Shown one piece after another: positions 38,129 to 49,270 of a DNA stretch of 64,000 nt (the stretch's first letter is position 1; each line of letters starts with the position of its first letter). A program made the position numbers and the translations under genes. The notes under the pieces were generated by a model, which had not been told where the DNA came from, ran no database searches, and worked only from the letters and a program-made list of their open reading frames with translations. The stretch is from Candidatus Latescibacterota bacterium (lineage in GTDB: Bacteria > Latescibacterota > UBA2968), in the NCBI GenBank assembly GCA_965198115.1, contig OZ240241.1, positions 256,001-320,000 of the forward strand. The letters run 5' to 3'.

Positions 38129-40593
38129 TCAGTGTATCGTGCGCCAATGGATGTCGAAGAAGTCAAGCAAGTCTTCATGATCTGGGGGTAACTCGTGTGT
38201 GCGATGATAGGCTTCAAGGAATATCCCCTGCTCATCTGGTAACAAATCACGCCTGATCGCGGCCACATCTGAAAGGAAATAACCCCATCCAAACGGTCTG
38301 AAGTCGATGAGTGATGCACGATCTCCATTCAAATCACACTGAGAGCTCCTGTCTCGTGCATGATCAGGCCGAAATTCTCCGAGGACTCGCCGATGTCCTC
38401 CAATTTGTCAAGGATGTCCGGGTCGGTCACGCCACGCTGCTGCAGCCTTTCAATCCCGTACCGGGGTCGGCTGAACCAGCTTGGGAAAGCGCACGCTCCA
38501 CTATGGCTGTGAAGCTTCGCGAGGGTTTCACCGATGCTGGCAATCGCCGCTTCCGTCCTCTGGGAACCGCTGACCCTTGCCAGCACTTCGCCCTCTATCC
38601 AACGGTAGGCAGTACAGAATCGGGAACCATTAGAAGATTCAACGCGCTGTACTTCCTGGCCATCAAGGTGAGCTCAGGTCAATAGGTGTGTAAAAGAAAT
38701 CAGGCGGCCATCTTCCCGGCTTCGACCTGCGGTCCGGTTGAGTGTTTCTGATCGTAGACTTGTTGTAGCAAGTGTGGCGCGGTGAGTTTCCTGAATCGGC
38801 TCTCTGCGACCTTGAGCGTACGCCAGATGAGAGTCGTGGCGTTCCTGACTTTCTTGAATCGCCTGGCGGCGTTTGTGCGAAGCCGAACGGAAGCAAAGGG
38901 GCTCTCGACGACGTTCGTGGTTCTCAGGTGTTTCCAGTGTTCCTTCGGGAAGTCGTAGAACGTGACCATCCGATCCCAGTCTCTTTCGAGCGTCTCCACG
39001 GCGGCAGGGAACTGTGAGCGATACCGTGCGGCAAAGCGTTTCCGGAGCTTCTCGGCCTCCTTTTTCGTGCCGGCATAGGGGATCTGGACGAGCAGTGCGC
39101 GGGCTTCAGCCTGTGCACGCTTGGCGACCTTGTCGAGCACGTTGAGGATCTTGTGGTTCCAGCACCGTTGTTGCCGGCTCTCTGGCCAGACCTGATCAAC
39201 GGCCGCCCAGATGCCCATATTCCCGTCCGCGGCGATCAGGACAGGATGTTCGAGCCCGCGATCCCGGAGATCCCGTAGCACCGTGAGCCAGGATTCTGTA
39301 GACTCTCGATAACCGGGTTCTATCGCCAGGATCTCCTTGCTGCCGTCGCTCATCGCGCCGATCACGACCAGCAGACACGCCTTCTCGCGCTCGAGCCCGG
39401 CTTTGACGTAGATGCCATCAGCCCAGGCGTAGACCAGTTCGCGATTATCCAGACGCCTTTCTTTCCAGTCCTGGAAGTCGACCTCCCACTTCCCTCGAAG
39501 ACGAGCGATCGAGGTCGGCGAAAGCGGCGCGCCATCACCGAGCAGCGCACGCAAAGACAACTCGAAGTCGCCCTGGGAGAGACCGTGGAGATAAAGGTCG
39601 GGAAGCAGATCTCCAATGGCCCTGGTTCTCCGGGCGAACAGGGGGAGGATGCGGCTTTCAAACCGCTCTTCCAGACCACGAACCCGGGGACGCCGGACCT
39701 TGATCGTTCCGCAGCTCGTCGAGAGACGCCGGGGCTTGCCGTAGCCGTTCCTGTAGCCCCTGGAGCTATCGACCTCGGCTCGGCGCTCATACCACGACCG
39801 GCCCAAGAACGCGGTCGCCTCCTCCTCCAGAATGAACTGGAACCGGCCCTGGATCTCTTCACGGATCCAATCGTCAACCGTCTCCCACGTCGGCATGGAC
39901 TTCAATGGGGCTCTATGCGTATGTTCCTTCACGGCGATCCTCCTTCCCAACCGGGCCTCTCACCCGGTTTTGTGTGAATCAACTATCTCACGGGAAGGGT
40001 AGGGTCGCCCTTTCTCTTTTTCCACACCTTTTGATTATAGCTCCATCAAGGTCGCGTATGGGGACGGGCACATTCGCACGCGCCTCACGAAGAAGGCTGT
40101 TGAGCCAGAACGCCTCCGATCTCACGACATTCTCTTCTACACGGGCGCCGTGGAGGATCGTAAAGCGACGCTCACCGGCTTCGACCATCACGAGGACGTG
40201 GGCGAAGTCGAGTCCACCCGCTGACCCAATCACGTCGGCGTCTTCAAACCCAAACCTGTCTGATGCGAGCGTAGCATAGCGCTGTGCCTCGATGAGCCTT
40301 TGAACCAGATAAGGACCATAGACAACATCGTCCACCCAGTTGCTGTTCGACCTGGACAGAAATGAGAGCTCCTCCTGAGTCGCCCCCTTCAGAAGATCGA
40401 GAACCGTCGACTCGATCTTGGGGTGTTCTCCCTCGAGATCCATCAACATCGATCCACAGCTGCCCTCACACGCGCAACTCAGGATCAGACGACCATCCGT
40501 TGGGTGCCAATCCGGCGGTGGGACAAGCTCCGTGTGCGCGCTCGCACCGCAGATCGGACATTTTTCAGGCGCGGTTGGCCTTTTCTGGTTCAA
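38129..40593 (-). pseudogene. APH/homoserine-kinase-II-like phosphotransferase with Cys-rich N-terminus, split by IS256 and frameshifted near 38330
   Basis: VRSEAFWL..L..VPVPIRDLDG|QEV..AYRWIEGE..IGETLAKLH..FSRPRY..FGLI, SLIDF..GWGYFLSDVA; frame is restored when the IS and one TSD copy are removed. Confidence 0.75.
38670..40043 (-). mobile_element. IS256-family element type b, copy B (transposase 38700-39950)
   Basis: Near-identical to copy A; 9-bp TSD CATCAAGGT at 38661-38669 and 40044-40052. Confidence 0.95.
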
Positions 40594-40631
40594 ATAGCCT
40601 TAGCCATTGATTGGACGTATCCCTTCCGAGC

Positions 40632-40935
40632 TCACCAGTCAATCGTCTCCGCTGCGAGAAACTGTGTCTTCTTTCGCCATCGGATGTCGCTGGTTCGATC
40701 GTGATCGCGCTGGTAGAAGGGGTAGTACTTGCCGCGCGGGTAGATTGCGACGACGTCGTTGCCGCGGCGGACGAGCGAGTAGCGGCGCTTCTGGGCGTAA
40801 ACGGCGTCCTGCCGTTCCTCGATCGGGAAGGTGAGCGTTACCGACTGGCCGGCATCCACGCGGCCCACCTGCGCGTATCGCCCCTTCCACGTGATGTTCC
40901 GATCGATTCTGTCGACCTGGACCCGTGCCTCGTGG
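40632..40935 (-). pseudogene. C-terminal fragment of a larger protein (possibly a glycoside-hydrolase beta-sandwich)
   Basis: GRYAQVGRVDAGQSVTLTFPIEER..RGNDVVAIYPRGKYYPFYQR; no plausible 5' end. Confidence 0.45.
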
Positions 40936-41102
40936 GGCTGGGTACCGTATAAGAAAGGTCGTGGAAGAGACTGAACCCGACAATGAAGTCGAGGAAGCCG
41001 AGCCTTGCTATTTCAGCAGTGTATCTTGTATCTACGGGTACAACTGCGCTGGAGAATGCCGACTATGCAAATATCTCGGTCTTCAGGTGGGATGGATGGT
41101 TA

Positions 41103-43778
41103 GGGTTCGCGAATAAATAAACGGTCGATCTCAATGTTGAGCCATTGGCCGGATCGTGTAGTTCCAGTCGCCGTGGAAATCGTGCGGAGTGAGATCGATT
41201 TGGGTCATCTGTTCATCGGTCACCTTGACCCCGTTAGGGTAGGGTCGCTTGTCGATCTCGGAGCGTACTCGGAGACCGGCTTGAGTGGTTGTTCCGGCAA
41301 TGAGATTCACGGTTGCAGCCAGGCTGACCAGGGGCTTGCCTCGCCAGTTCATAGCGATGAAGGAGAACAGGCGATGTTCGATCTTGTTCCACTTACTAGT
41401 GCCAGGAGGGTAGTGGCATACGGTGATCGTCAGGCCAGTGCGATTCGCAAAGCGCTGCAGCTCCCACTTCCACAGCCGCGTCTTGGCGCCGTTGCTGCCG
41501 CCTGCGTCCGCCGTGATTAGCAGATGCGTCGAAGTGCCGTAGGCGGGCCGTCCCATGTTCTTCCACCAACTTCGGATCGCATTCACGGCGAAGCTGGCCG
41601 TGTCGTGATCGATACCGACACTTACCCAGCCTTCATCACGGCTCAGATCATACACTCCATAAGGGATCGCCTTGCCCTGAGCAGGCACTATGAAATCGTG
41701 TACCTTCACACGCTCCGGGTCTCCCTTGGGTCGCCATTCTCGGCCAGGATTCTTGAAGTCGCCGATCAACTCTTTCTTCTTGGTGTCCACCGAGATAACG
41801 GGAAGGCCCTGCTGCTGCTGCTGGCTAATCCGATCATCGAGGTAAACGAACTGAGCGTCCCGATCCGGGTGTGCAGATCCCTCCCTTGTCTTCCGATTCG
41901 CCTGCAGCGTGTAATCGTGTTCGTGCAGGAGATTGGCAACGATCCTGGGGCTCACCGAATGCCCCATCGCTTGCAACTCGGCGGCCAGTTTGCGAGTGCT
42001 CTTCGATGTCCATCTCAGAGGATTGTCGTCAGGCGACCCCGCAGTCGTTGGCTCGACCAGATCATTCAGGTCCTGCCACAGCGTCGGGTCCGTGTCGGCC
42101 TTCCGCTTACGACCGCCGCCTGGACGCCGGATGCGAGCCGGGTCCAAAGGTTCGTCCGACCTCAACTCCTGAATGCCACGAAAGATCCGCTCTCTGGACA
42201 TTCCTGTCGCCAGAGCCACAATCGCGATCCCACCGTGACCCAACGCTTCGGCTTCCGTGGCGGCCCACAGACGACGCGTGCGTTCCGTCAGCACCGGAGC
42301 CAAGGCTTCATACTTCGTTCGGAGAGTGAGCTATAATCAAAAGGTGTGGAAAAAGAGAAAGGGCGACCCTACCCTTCCCGTGAGATAGTTGATTCACACA
42401 AAACCGGGTGAGAGGCCCGGTTGGGAAGGAGGATCGCCGTGAAGGAACATACGCATAGAGCCCCATTGAAGTCCATGCCGACGTGGGAGACGGTTGACGA
42501 TTGGATCCGTGAAGAGATCCAGGGCCGGTTCCAGTCCATTCTGGAGGAGGAGGCGACCGCGTTCTTGGGCCGGTCGTGGTATGAGCGCCGAGCCGAGGTC
42601 GATAGCTCCACGGGCTACAGGAACGGCTACGGCAAGCCCCGGCGTCTCTCGACGAGCTGCGGAACGATCAAGGTCCGGCGTCCCCGGGTTCGTGGTCTGG
42701 AAGAGCGGTTTGAAAGCCGCATCCTCCCCCTGTTCGCCCGGAGAACCAGGGCCATTGGAGATCTGCTTCCCGACCTTTATCTCCACGGTCTCTCCCAGGG
42801 CGACTTCGAGTTGTCTTTGCGTGCGCTGCTCGGTGATGGCGCGCCGCTTTCGCCGACCTCGATCGCTCGTCTTCGAGGGAAGTGGGAGGTCGACTTCCAG
42901 GACTGGAAAGAAAGGCGTCTGGATAATCGCGAACTGGTCTACGCCTGGGCTGATGGCATCTACGTCAAAGCCGGGCTCGAGCGCGAGAAGGCGTGTCTGC
43001 TGGTCGTGATCGGCGCGATGAGCGACGGCAGCAAGGAGATCCTGGCGATAGAACCCGGTTATCGAGAGTCTACAGAATCCTGGCTCACGGTGCTCCGGGA
43101 TCTCCGGGATCGCGGGCTCGAACATCCTGTCCTGATCGCCGCGGACGGGAATATGGGCATCTGGGCGGCCGTTGATCAGGTCTGGCCAGAGAGCCGGCAA
43201 CAACGGTGCTGGAACCACAAGATCCTCAACGTGCTCGACAAGGTCGCCAAGCGTGCACAGGCTGAAGCCCGCGCACTGCTCGTCCAGATCCCCTATGCCG
43301 GCACGAAAAAGGAGGCCGAGAAGCTCCGGAAACGCTTTGCCGCACGGTATCGCTCACAGTTCCCTGCCGCCGTGGAGACGCTCGAAAGAGACTGGGATCG
43401 GATGGTCACGTTCTACGACTTCCCGAAGGAACACTGGAAACACCTGAGAACCACGAACGTCGTCGAGAGCCCCTTTGCTTCCGTTCGGCTTCGCACAAAC
43501 GCCGCCAGGCGATTCAAGAAAGTCAGGAACGCCACGACTCTCATCTGGCGTACGCTCAAGGTCGCAGAGAGCCGATTCAGGAAACTCACCGCGCCACACT
43601 TGCTACAACAAGTCTACGATCAGAAACACTCAACCGGACCGCAGGTCGAAGCCGGGAAGATGGCCGCCTGATTTCTTTTACACACCTATTGACCTGAACT
43701 CCGGAGAGTTTCGACGTCCACACTCCGAGCGTAAGATCATTACCTTGAAAAGTGCAGCACTTATTTCGTGGCAAACCC
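41103..43778 (-). mobile_element. ISAzo13-family element, transposase (41131-43721) split by IS256 copy C
   Basis: RIRRPGGGRK, LRWTSKS, LQANRK, ISVDTKKKE, TADAGGSNG, HYPPGTSKWNKIEHRLF; ends GGGTT..AAATAA / TTATTT..AACCC flanked by TTA; first codons VDVETLR lie beyond the inner IS. Confidence 0.9.
42328..43701 (+). mobile_element. IS256-family element type b, copy C (transposase 42421-43671)
   Basis: Near-identical to copies A and B; 8-bp TSD CGGAGAGT at 42320-42327 and 43702-43709. Confidence 0.95.
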
Positions 43779-43974
43779 TTACCATGTCGATGTAGTCGAA
43801 GACAGGGTTCCATTGTCGATGCTGTGACATAGTCCTTTGGCCAGTCGGTAGGTCCGTTGTTGGCCGATAACATCCTGAAGAACCCGGCCTTTCATAGCTG
43901 TAGCCGCAATCCTCTTTCCCCGGTACAGCGGAGTGACGGCGAGGGCCAGACCTTTTCGCAGAAAGGCAAACGGC

Positions 43975-45281
43975 ATGCGTCTCACTAAAAATACGGTCAT
44001 CGGTCTCGTCGCATTGGCAGCATTCGGCTACGGCGGATACGAGATCTACTCTCTTCGCCAGGGACTGACACGCCTGGAATCCCGGATCGCGTCGGCAAGC
44101 CCCCAGGTCATACCTTTCGCATCCTCAGGGCGGACGACGCTTGCTCCAGGTTGGAACAAGATCGCTTCTCTTCCCGAGGTGGACCTCCTGCGATCAGCGG
44201 TCTTTCCCGACCGGAAGAACGCCCATGCCGTGGGAAGGGATGCGGGCATAGGTGTCGTTCTGTCGGTCACGCGGCGAGGATGGAGCTGGCGCCAGTCTTC
44301 TGTTGCCAAAGAGCTCTATGGGGTGGACTTCCCGACTGTGACGCACGGCTATGCCGTTGGCAGAGACGGTCTCGTGATAAGAACGGTCAATTCTGGGACA
44401 AACTGGGCATCGCAGAATCCTGGGCCTGCACTCGGTTGGGATCTCCGATCGGTCGCATTCACGGATCAGCTGGAAGGACACGTCGTTGGATCCGGTGGCC
44501 GGACCTGCGTACAATCGATGGCCATAAGTGGGATGGCTACAAAAAGCAGGTCATCGTCAGCCATCTAGCGGCAGTTCACTTCCACAACCGAAGTCGAGGT
44601 TACGCGATCGGGGAAAGGCCGAATGTCTATGCAACACAGAACGACGGCGAGAACTGGGAGGTTTTTCAGCAAAACAGCGGCTGGGATATGCTGGACGTAC
44701 ACTTCCCTACGCCGAACATCGGCTATGCTGTAGGGTTTAGGGGCAAGATCCTAAGGTCGGACGACATCGGCCGGAGTTGGGCGTCACAGGTTTCGGGAAT
44801 CAACGAGATGCTGAACTCTGTTTGGTTCCTGAGCGCAGACGAGGGGTTCGCAGTCGGGGGATCACGCGGTGGAACGGGAATCATCCTGGCCACCACGAAT
44901 GCGGGGGCTACGTGGACCTCCCAATCATCCCCCCAAGCCCTCTTCGATGTCAGATTCCTGACTCTCGAGTTTGGTTACGCCGTCGGAGACGCTGGCGCGT
45001 TCCTCGTGACTTCCGATCGTGGACAGACCTGGCGGGAGGTTGCGGAGTTTGGAGCACTCACGCACACCCACGCCGACGTCTGGCATCTCGTCGGCGACTC
45101 TGGACTTACGCTCAGGACCACCGACTCCGCGGCGTGAACTTCTCCATCGGGGCGTCTCCGACCGAAGAGAAGCTGAACGATGTCTTCTTTCCGGATAGCT
45201 TCCTGAGATTGATCGGATACGCGGTAGGCGAACGTGGTACTGTCATCCGGACGACGGACCGGGGAGATTCGTGGATCCTTA
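43975..45281 (+). pseudogene. YCF48/BNR-like beta-propeller protein with N-terminal anchor; two frameshifts; last codons cut by IS630
   Basis: Repeats L..V.F....GYAVG..G.I.RT.D.G..W spread over three frames (shifts near 44500 and 45130). Confidence 0.8.
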
Positions 45282-46544
45282 GTACTCCTGTTCTCAAATA
45301 CGGTGACGTATTCTAAGCAGACTTTGCCAAGGGCGTATCGTAGAACCTGAGTTTGTCGATCATCTCCGCGAGATCTGTTCGTGTGAACTTCCATTTGAAG
45401 GGTGTGGCGATACGTCCGTAGCGTTCCTGAAAACCGAGGATTCTTGCCTCAAGCTCTTCGAGCGATGCAAATTCGATAGGTGTCAGAGCCTTGCGTTTGA
45501 GGATCGAGAAGTAGATCTCGATCTGATTGAGCCAGCTTGCGTGGATCGGAAGGTGAACGGGGTGGATGTTTGGCCACTTCCCCTGGATACGGTCGATGCA
45601 TGTTTGCCCTCGGTGCGAGGAGCCATTATCCACGATGAGGTAGACTTTCTTTGCCGAGCAATAGGGTTTCCGGCTCATGATCAGGCTCAGGAGCCGGTTG
45701 AAGGGCTCGATACCCGAAGAAGACTCACAGAGACCGAAGATTCGACCATTGTGCACGTCGAGAGCAGCCAGATAGGCCAGGGCTCCTTTCCGCTCGTATT
45801 CGTGTTTCAACGCGTGCCGCTCTGTTCGAGGCTGGCGGTAGGGTAACGTGCTTGCGAGCTCGTGCTTGAATACTGGTCTTTTCGTCGGCAGAAAGTACAT
45901 ATTCCCTCGGCCCTAAAGGCTTTCCTTGCCATTGGCGGTGATACAGATCAAGGACTCTACCTGCTTTGGTTTGGAAGTCCGGGTCCCGTGGGAAAATCCA
46001 GGAACGATGATACCAAGGACGAATCGCGTCCTCGTTCAACCAGCGCCAGACAGTGGCGCCGCTGATCTTGGCAACGAAGCCCCTTTGCACTGCCTCGGCG
46101 GCAATCTCGGAACAGCTGAACCGCGAGAGCGGTATCCCGCTCTCGCTCGGTAGTTCACACGCCAGCGCCTTGATCTGAACGACCACCTGAGGGGGGAAAA
46201 ACCGGGCGGGCGCCCGGGACGAGATCTATCTTCGAGTCCCGAAAGACGCTCTTCGAAAAAGCGCTTACGCCATTTGCTTACGATCGGACGCGGGACATCC
46301 AACCGTTGGGCGATAATCTTGTTGGATAATCCCTCGGCGGCGAGAAGCACGATTTTCGATCGGATCACTTGATAATACGGTAACGTATATTGTCCAGCCA
46401 TTCGCTCGAGGTCGACCCGTTCCTTCTCAGACAGTAGCACCACATAAGGCGAACGTCTTGGCATTGTTCTCCTCCTTTTGAAGGAGAACATAAGCTACAA
46501 ATAATGTTCAGAACATACGTAATAATATTTATGAACCCATGCAC
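45282..46544 (-). mobile_element. IS630-family element
   Basis: HTH ORF A (46036-46464) with TTTTCCCCCC slippery site near 46190-46200; SADEKT, IVDNGSSH, HLPIHASWLNQIEIYFS; imperfect IRs; TA duplication at 45280-45281 and 46545-46546; extra frameshift near 45805. Confidence 0.92.
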
Positions 46545-46627
46545 TAAGGAGTAATTATAAATGGCGAAAGAACATCAGGTTATTGTTCGGGTGTCTACCC
46601 GAACACTTATCTCCGCTTCAACCCCCT

Positions 46628-48106
46628 TTAAACTTCACGCTTGGTGTCGATCCAGCGGTTGATGGTCACCTTCTGACGGGTGAAAAAAGAAACGCCTTCG
46701 CGGCCCTGGACGTGCAGGTCGCCGAAGAAGGAGTTGTTCCAGCCCGAGAACGGGAAGAAGGCCATGGGAGCCGGGACGCCGACGTTGATGCCGACCATTC
46801 CGGCGTTGACGTGATGTCGAAACGTGCGCGCCGCGCCCCCGCTCGACGTGAAGAGGACGGCCGCGTTGCCGAATCCGCTGTCGTTGCATCGTTCGATGGC
46901 TCCGTGGAGGTCGTCGGTGTGCATTACGGAGAGGACGGGGCCGAAGAGTTCGTCCTTCGCGATCGACATGTTGGGTTCGACCTTGTCGAAGACGGTGGGT
47001 CCGAGGTAGAAACCGTTGGGGGCGTCTTCGACTTTGACGTCTCGGCCGTCGACGAACAGGTCGGCCCCTTCTTTGAGACCGACATCGATTGAAGCGTGCA
47101 GGGATTCCAGATGCTGCCGCGTGACGACGGCACCCATCTGCGAGTCGGGATCGCGATCGGTCGGGCCGACGCGCATTTTACGGGCGGCATCGCCGAGGGG
47201 ATCGAGGAAGCGATTGCCAGCCTCTTCGGCACATACGAGAACGCTTCCGGCCATGCAACGCTCACCGGCGCACCCATAGGCGGAACCCATAACAGCATCG
47301 ATGGTGGAATCGAGGTCGGCGTCGGGCAGGACGACCATGTAGTTTTTCGCGCCCCCGGCGGACTGAACGCGCTTGCCGTTTTGCGTGGCGGTTTCATACA
47401 CGTATTTGGCGACGGGCGTCGAACCGACGAATGAAACGGTCCGGACGAGAGGATGCGTGAGGAGGGTGTCGACCGCGTCTTTACCCCCGTGAACGAGGTT
47501 GACGACGCCCTTCGGGCAACCCGCTTCCTCGAGCAGTTCGATCATTCGGATGGCGCTGAGCGGGACCTTTTCCGACGGTTTGAGCACGAATGTGTTTCCG
47601 CATACGAGGGCGACGGGGAGTGTCCAGAGAGGAACCATCACGGGGAAATTGAACGGCGAGATGGCCACGGAGACGCCGAGCGGCTGGCGAATCGTGTCGC
47701 AGTCGATGCCGCGAGCGATGTTTTCGAGCGATTCTCCCATCAGCAGGGATGGAGCGCCACAGGCGAATTCGACGACTTCGATTCCGCGCCGGACGGAGCC
47801 GCGTGACTCTTCGAGGGTTTTGCCGTTCTCACGCGTGACGATCTGGGACAGCTCTTCGAAATGGTCCTCGAGAAGCTGTTTGAACCTGAACATGATTTGC
47901 GCGCGATCGGTGGCCGGGGTCTCCGACCAATCCGGAAAGGCGTTATGGGCGGCTTCGATCGCTCGGCTGACTTCGTCAGCATCGCCCACGGGCGTCGCAG
48001 CGATCTGCGTCCCATCCGAAGGGTTGTAGACGGGGCTCGTTTCCTTCGCGGACGAGGCTTGCCATTCGCCTCCGATGAAGACACGGCAGGTTTCGGGTTG
48101 GGGCAT
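46628..48106 (-). CDS. mmsA: CoA-acylating methylmalonate/malonate-semialdehyde dehydrogenase
   Basis: RGIEVVEFACG, PFNFPVMVPLW, KPSEKVP, SFVGSTP, GKRVQSAGGAKN, GCAGERCMA, GMVGINVGVPAPMAFFPFSGW..SFFGDLH. Confidence 0.93.
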   Translation of the reverse strand: MPQPETCRVFIGGEWQASSAKETSPVYNPSDGTQIAATPVGDADEVSRAIEAAHNAFPDWSETPATDRAQIMFRFKQLLEDHFEELSQIVTRENGKTLEESRGSVRRGIEVVEFACGAPSLLMGESLENIARGIDCDTIRQPLGVSVAISPFNFPVMVPLWTLPVALVCGNTFVLKPSEKVPLSAIRMIELLEEAGCPKGVVNLVHGGKDAVDTLLTHPLVRTVSFVGSTPVAKYVYETATQNGKRVQSAGGAKNYMVVLPDADLDSTIDAVMGSAYGCAGERCMAGSVLVCAEEAGNRFLDPLGDAARKMRVGPTDRDPDSQMGAVVTRQHLESLHASIDVGLKEGADLFVDGRDVKVEDAPNGFYLGPTVFDKVEPNMSIAKDELFGPVLSVMHTDDLHGAIERCNDSGFGNAAVLFTSSGGAARTFRHHVNAGMVGINVGVPAPMAFFPFSGWNNSFFGDLHVQGREGVSFFTRQKVTINRWIDTKREV

Positions 48107-48136
48107 TAGGGATTTCTCCTGTGGGGTTACCGTGAT

Positions 48137-48920
48137 CTACGCGTCGATCATCGATTCCAAATTTTCGACACTGTCGGGGCGCTGACCGATACTGGGTGGA
48201 GCCAGAATTCGCTTCTGTTGTTCGGTCATGTCTCCGTTGAATTCGTCGAGCTCGTAGTAGTTCTGCGACCAAGTGGAATGGCCCGGGCTGAATTTATAGA
48301 GGAGCGCACGTCTTTCGTGATCGGCTTCCCAGGGCATCGTTCCGTGGATGAGGGCCTCGGTGAAGATGAGCGCATCGCCAGCCTCAACCTCCGGTTGACG
48401 GACGTATTCGGGTTGTCGATCGAAGGACTTCACGTCGGCCGGTAGATTCGGGACGAAGTTGCTCTTGTGACTGCCAGGAACGCACGCAAACCCGCCGTCG
48501 CCAGGACCTGCGTGCGTGAGGAAATAGGTGCAGACCGTGAGTCCGTTCCGCATCACGCCCGTCGTGGTAGCGATACCAGTGGTCGGCCGCCCGGCCGATG
48601 ACGTGGCCGGATCCGCCGTGCAAGTTCCCGCGCTTCGCCCCTTTTTGCATGAAAATGCAATAGTCGTGATCCGCACGGAATTTCTCGCCAACCAGCTCCA
48701 CCAGATAGGGCAGCGTTTTGGGATGGTCGAAGAGGTTGACGCAGGCCGGATCCCAATGTGATACGCGACTGGTGCGCTTGAAACCGGTTTCCTCGTCATA
48801 CGGTTCGGGAAACTCGCGATCGGCGATGGCGTTGAGGTTCGCGACCTCCTCTTTGCTCAGCGCGTTCTTGATGACGATGTAGCCTTGCAGGTCGAAGATG
48901 AATTTCTCTTCAGGTGTCAT
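48137..48920 (-). pseudogene. PhyH-family oxygenase (HGG motif), single frameshift near 48558
   Basis: FIFDLQGYIVIKNAL, DHDYCIFM, LHGGSG, ACVPGSHK, FTEALIHG; extra G in GACGGGCGTG relative to the paralogues. Confidence 0.88.
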
Positions 48921-48944
48921 GGAAACTCCTTGAAACCAAAAGCA

Positions 48945-48971
48945 GCCATGGAGAACACAGAGAACACGGAG
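48945..48971. repeat. 9-bp periodic repeat GCCATGGAG/AACACAGAG/AACACGGAG
   Basis: Three tandem 9-mers; inverted-type CTTCGAGTCTTTGTGCCTTCGTG at about 49236-49258. Confidence 0.65.
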
Positions 48972-49080
48972 GGACCTGTCCGCGGGTTCGAGGCCCTATC
49001 CGGGGATGAGAGTCGGAGTAGCTTCAGAGCATCTCCCGATTGTTGTGGTCTTACCGATATCCGACAGCGGAAAAAGCAGT

Positions 49081-49112
49081 GTCATCCCGGTACGCTTCTG
49101 AGCCGGGATCCA
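49081..49112. repeat. REP-like palindrome GTCATCCCGG..CCGGGATCCA (copy 2)
   Basis: GTCATCCCGGTACGCTTCTGAGCCGGGATCCA, compare 5883-5914. Confidence 0.75.
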
Positions 49113-49134
49113 TTCTGATTTCGGAAAGCGAACA

Positions 49135-49220
49135 CAACCCCGTTGGGTTGGATATACTCTCTGCCGATGGCCAAGGGTTCTTCGAACCCTTGGCTGAGAA
49201 ACTCAACCCCTTCGGGGTTG
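49135..49220. repeat. Three-hairpin REP-like element
   Basis: CAACCCCGTTGGGTTG; GCCAAGGGTTC-TTC-GAACCCTTGGC; CAACCCCTTCGGGGTTG. Confidence 0.75.
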
Positions 49221-49270
49221 GAACGGCCCACAATCCTTCGAGTCTTTGTGCCTTCGTGTATGTCTTGGTT

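Noticed and set aside
38670-43701. Composite transposon bounded by inverted IS256 copies B and C
   Set aside because: Each copy has its own target duplication, so they inserted independently.
46186-46200. IS630 ORF A/ORF B split as a defect
   Set aside because: The TTTTCCCCCC run fits the programmed frameshift usual in two-ORF IS630 elements.
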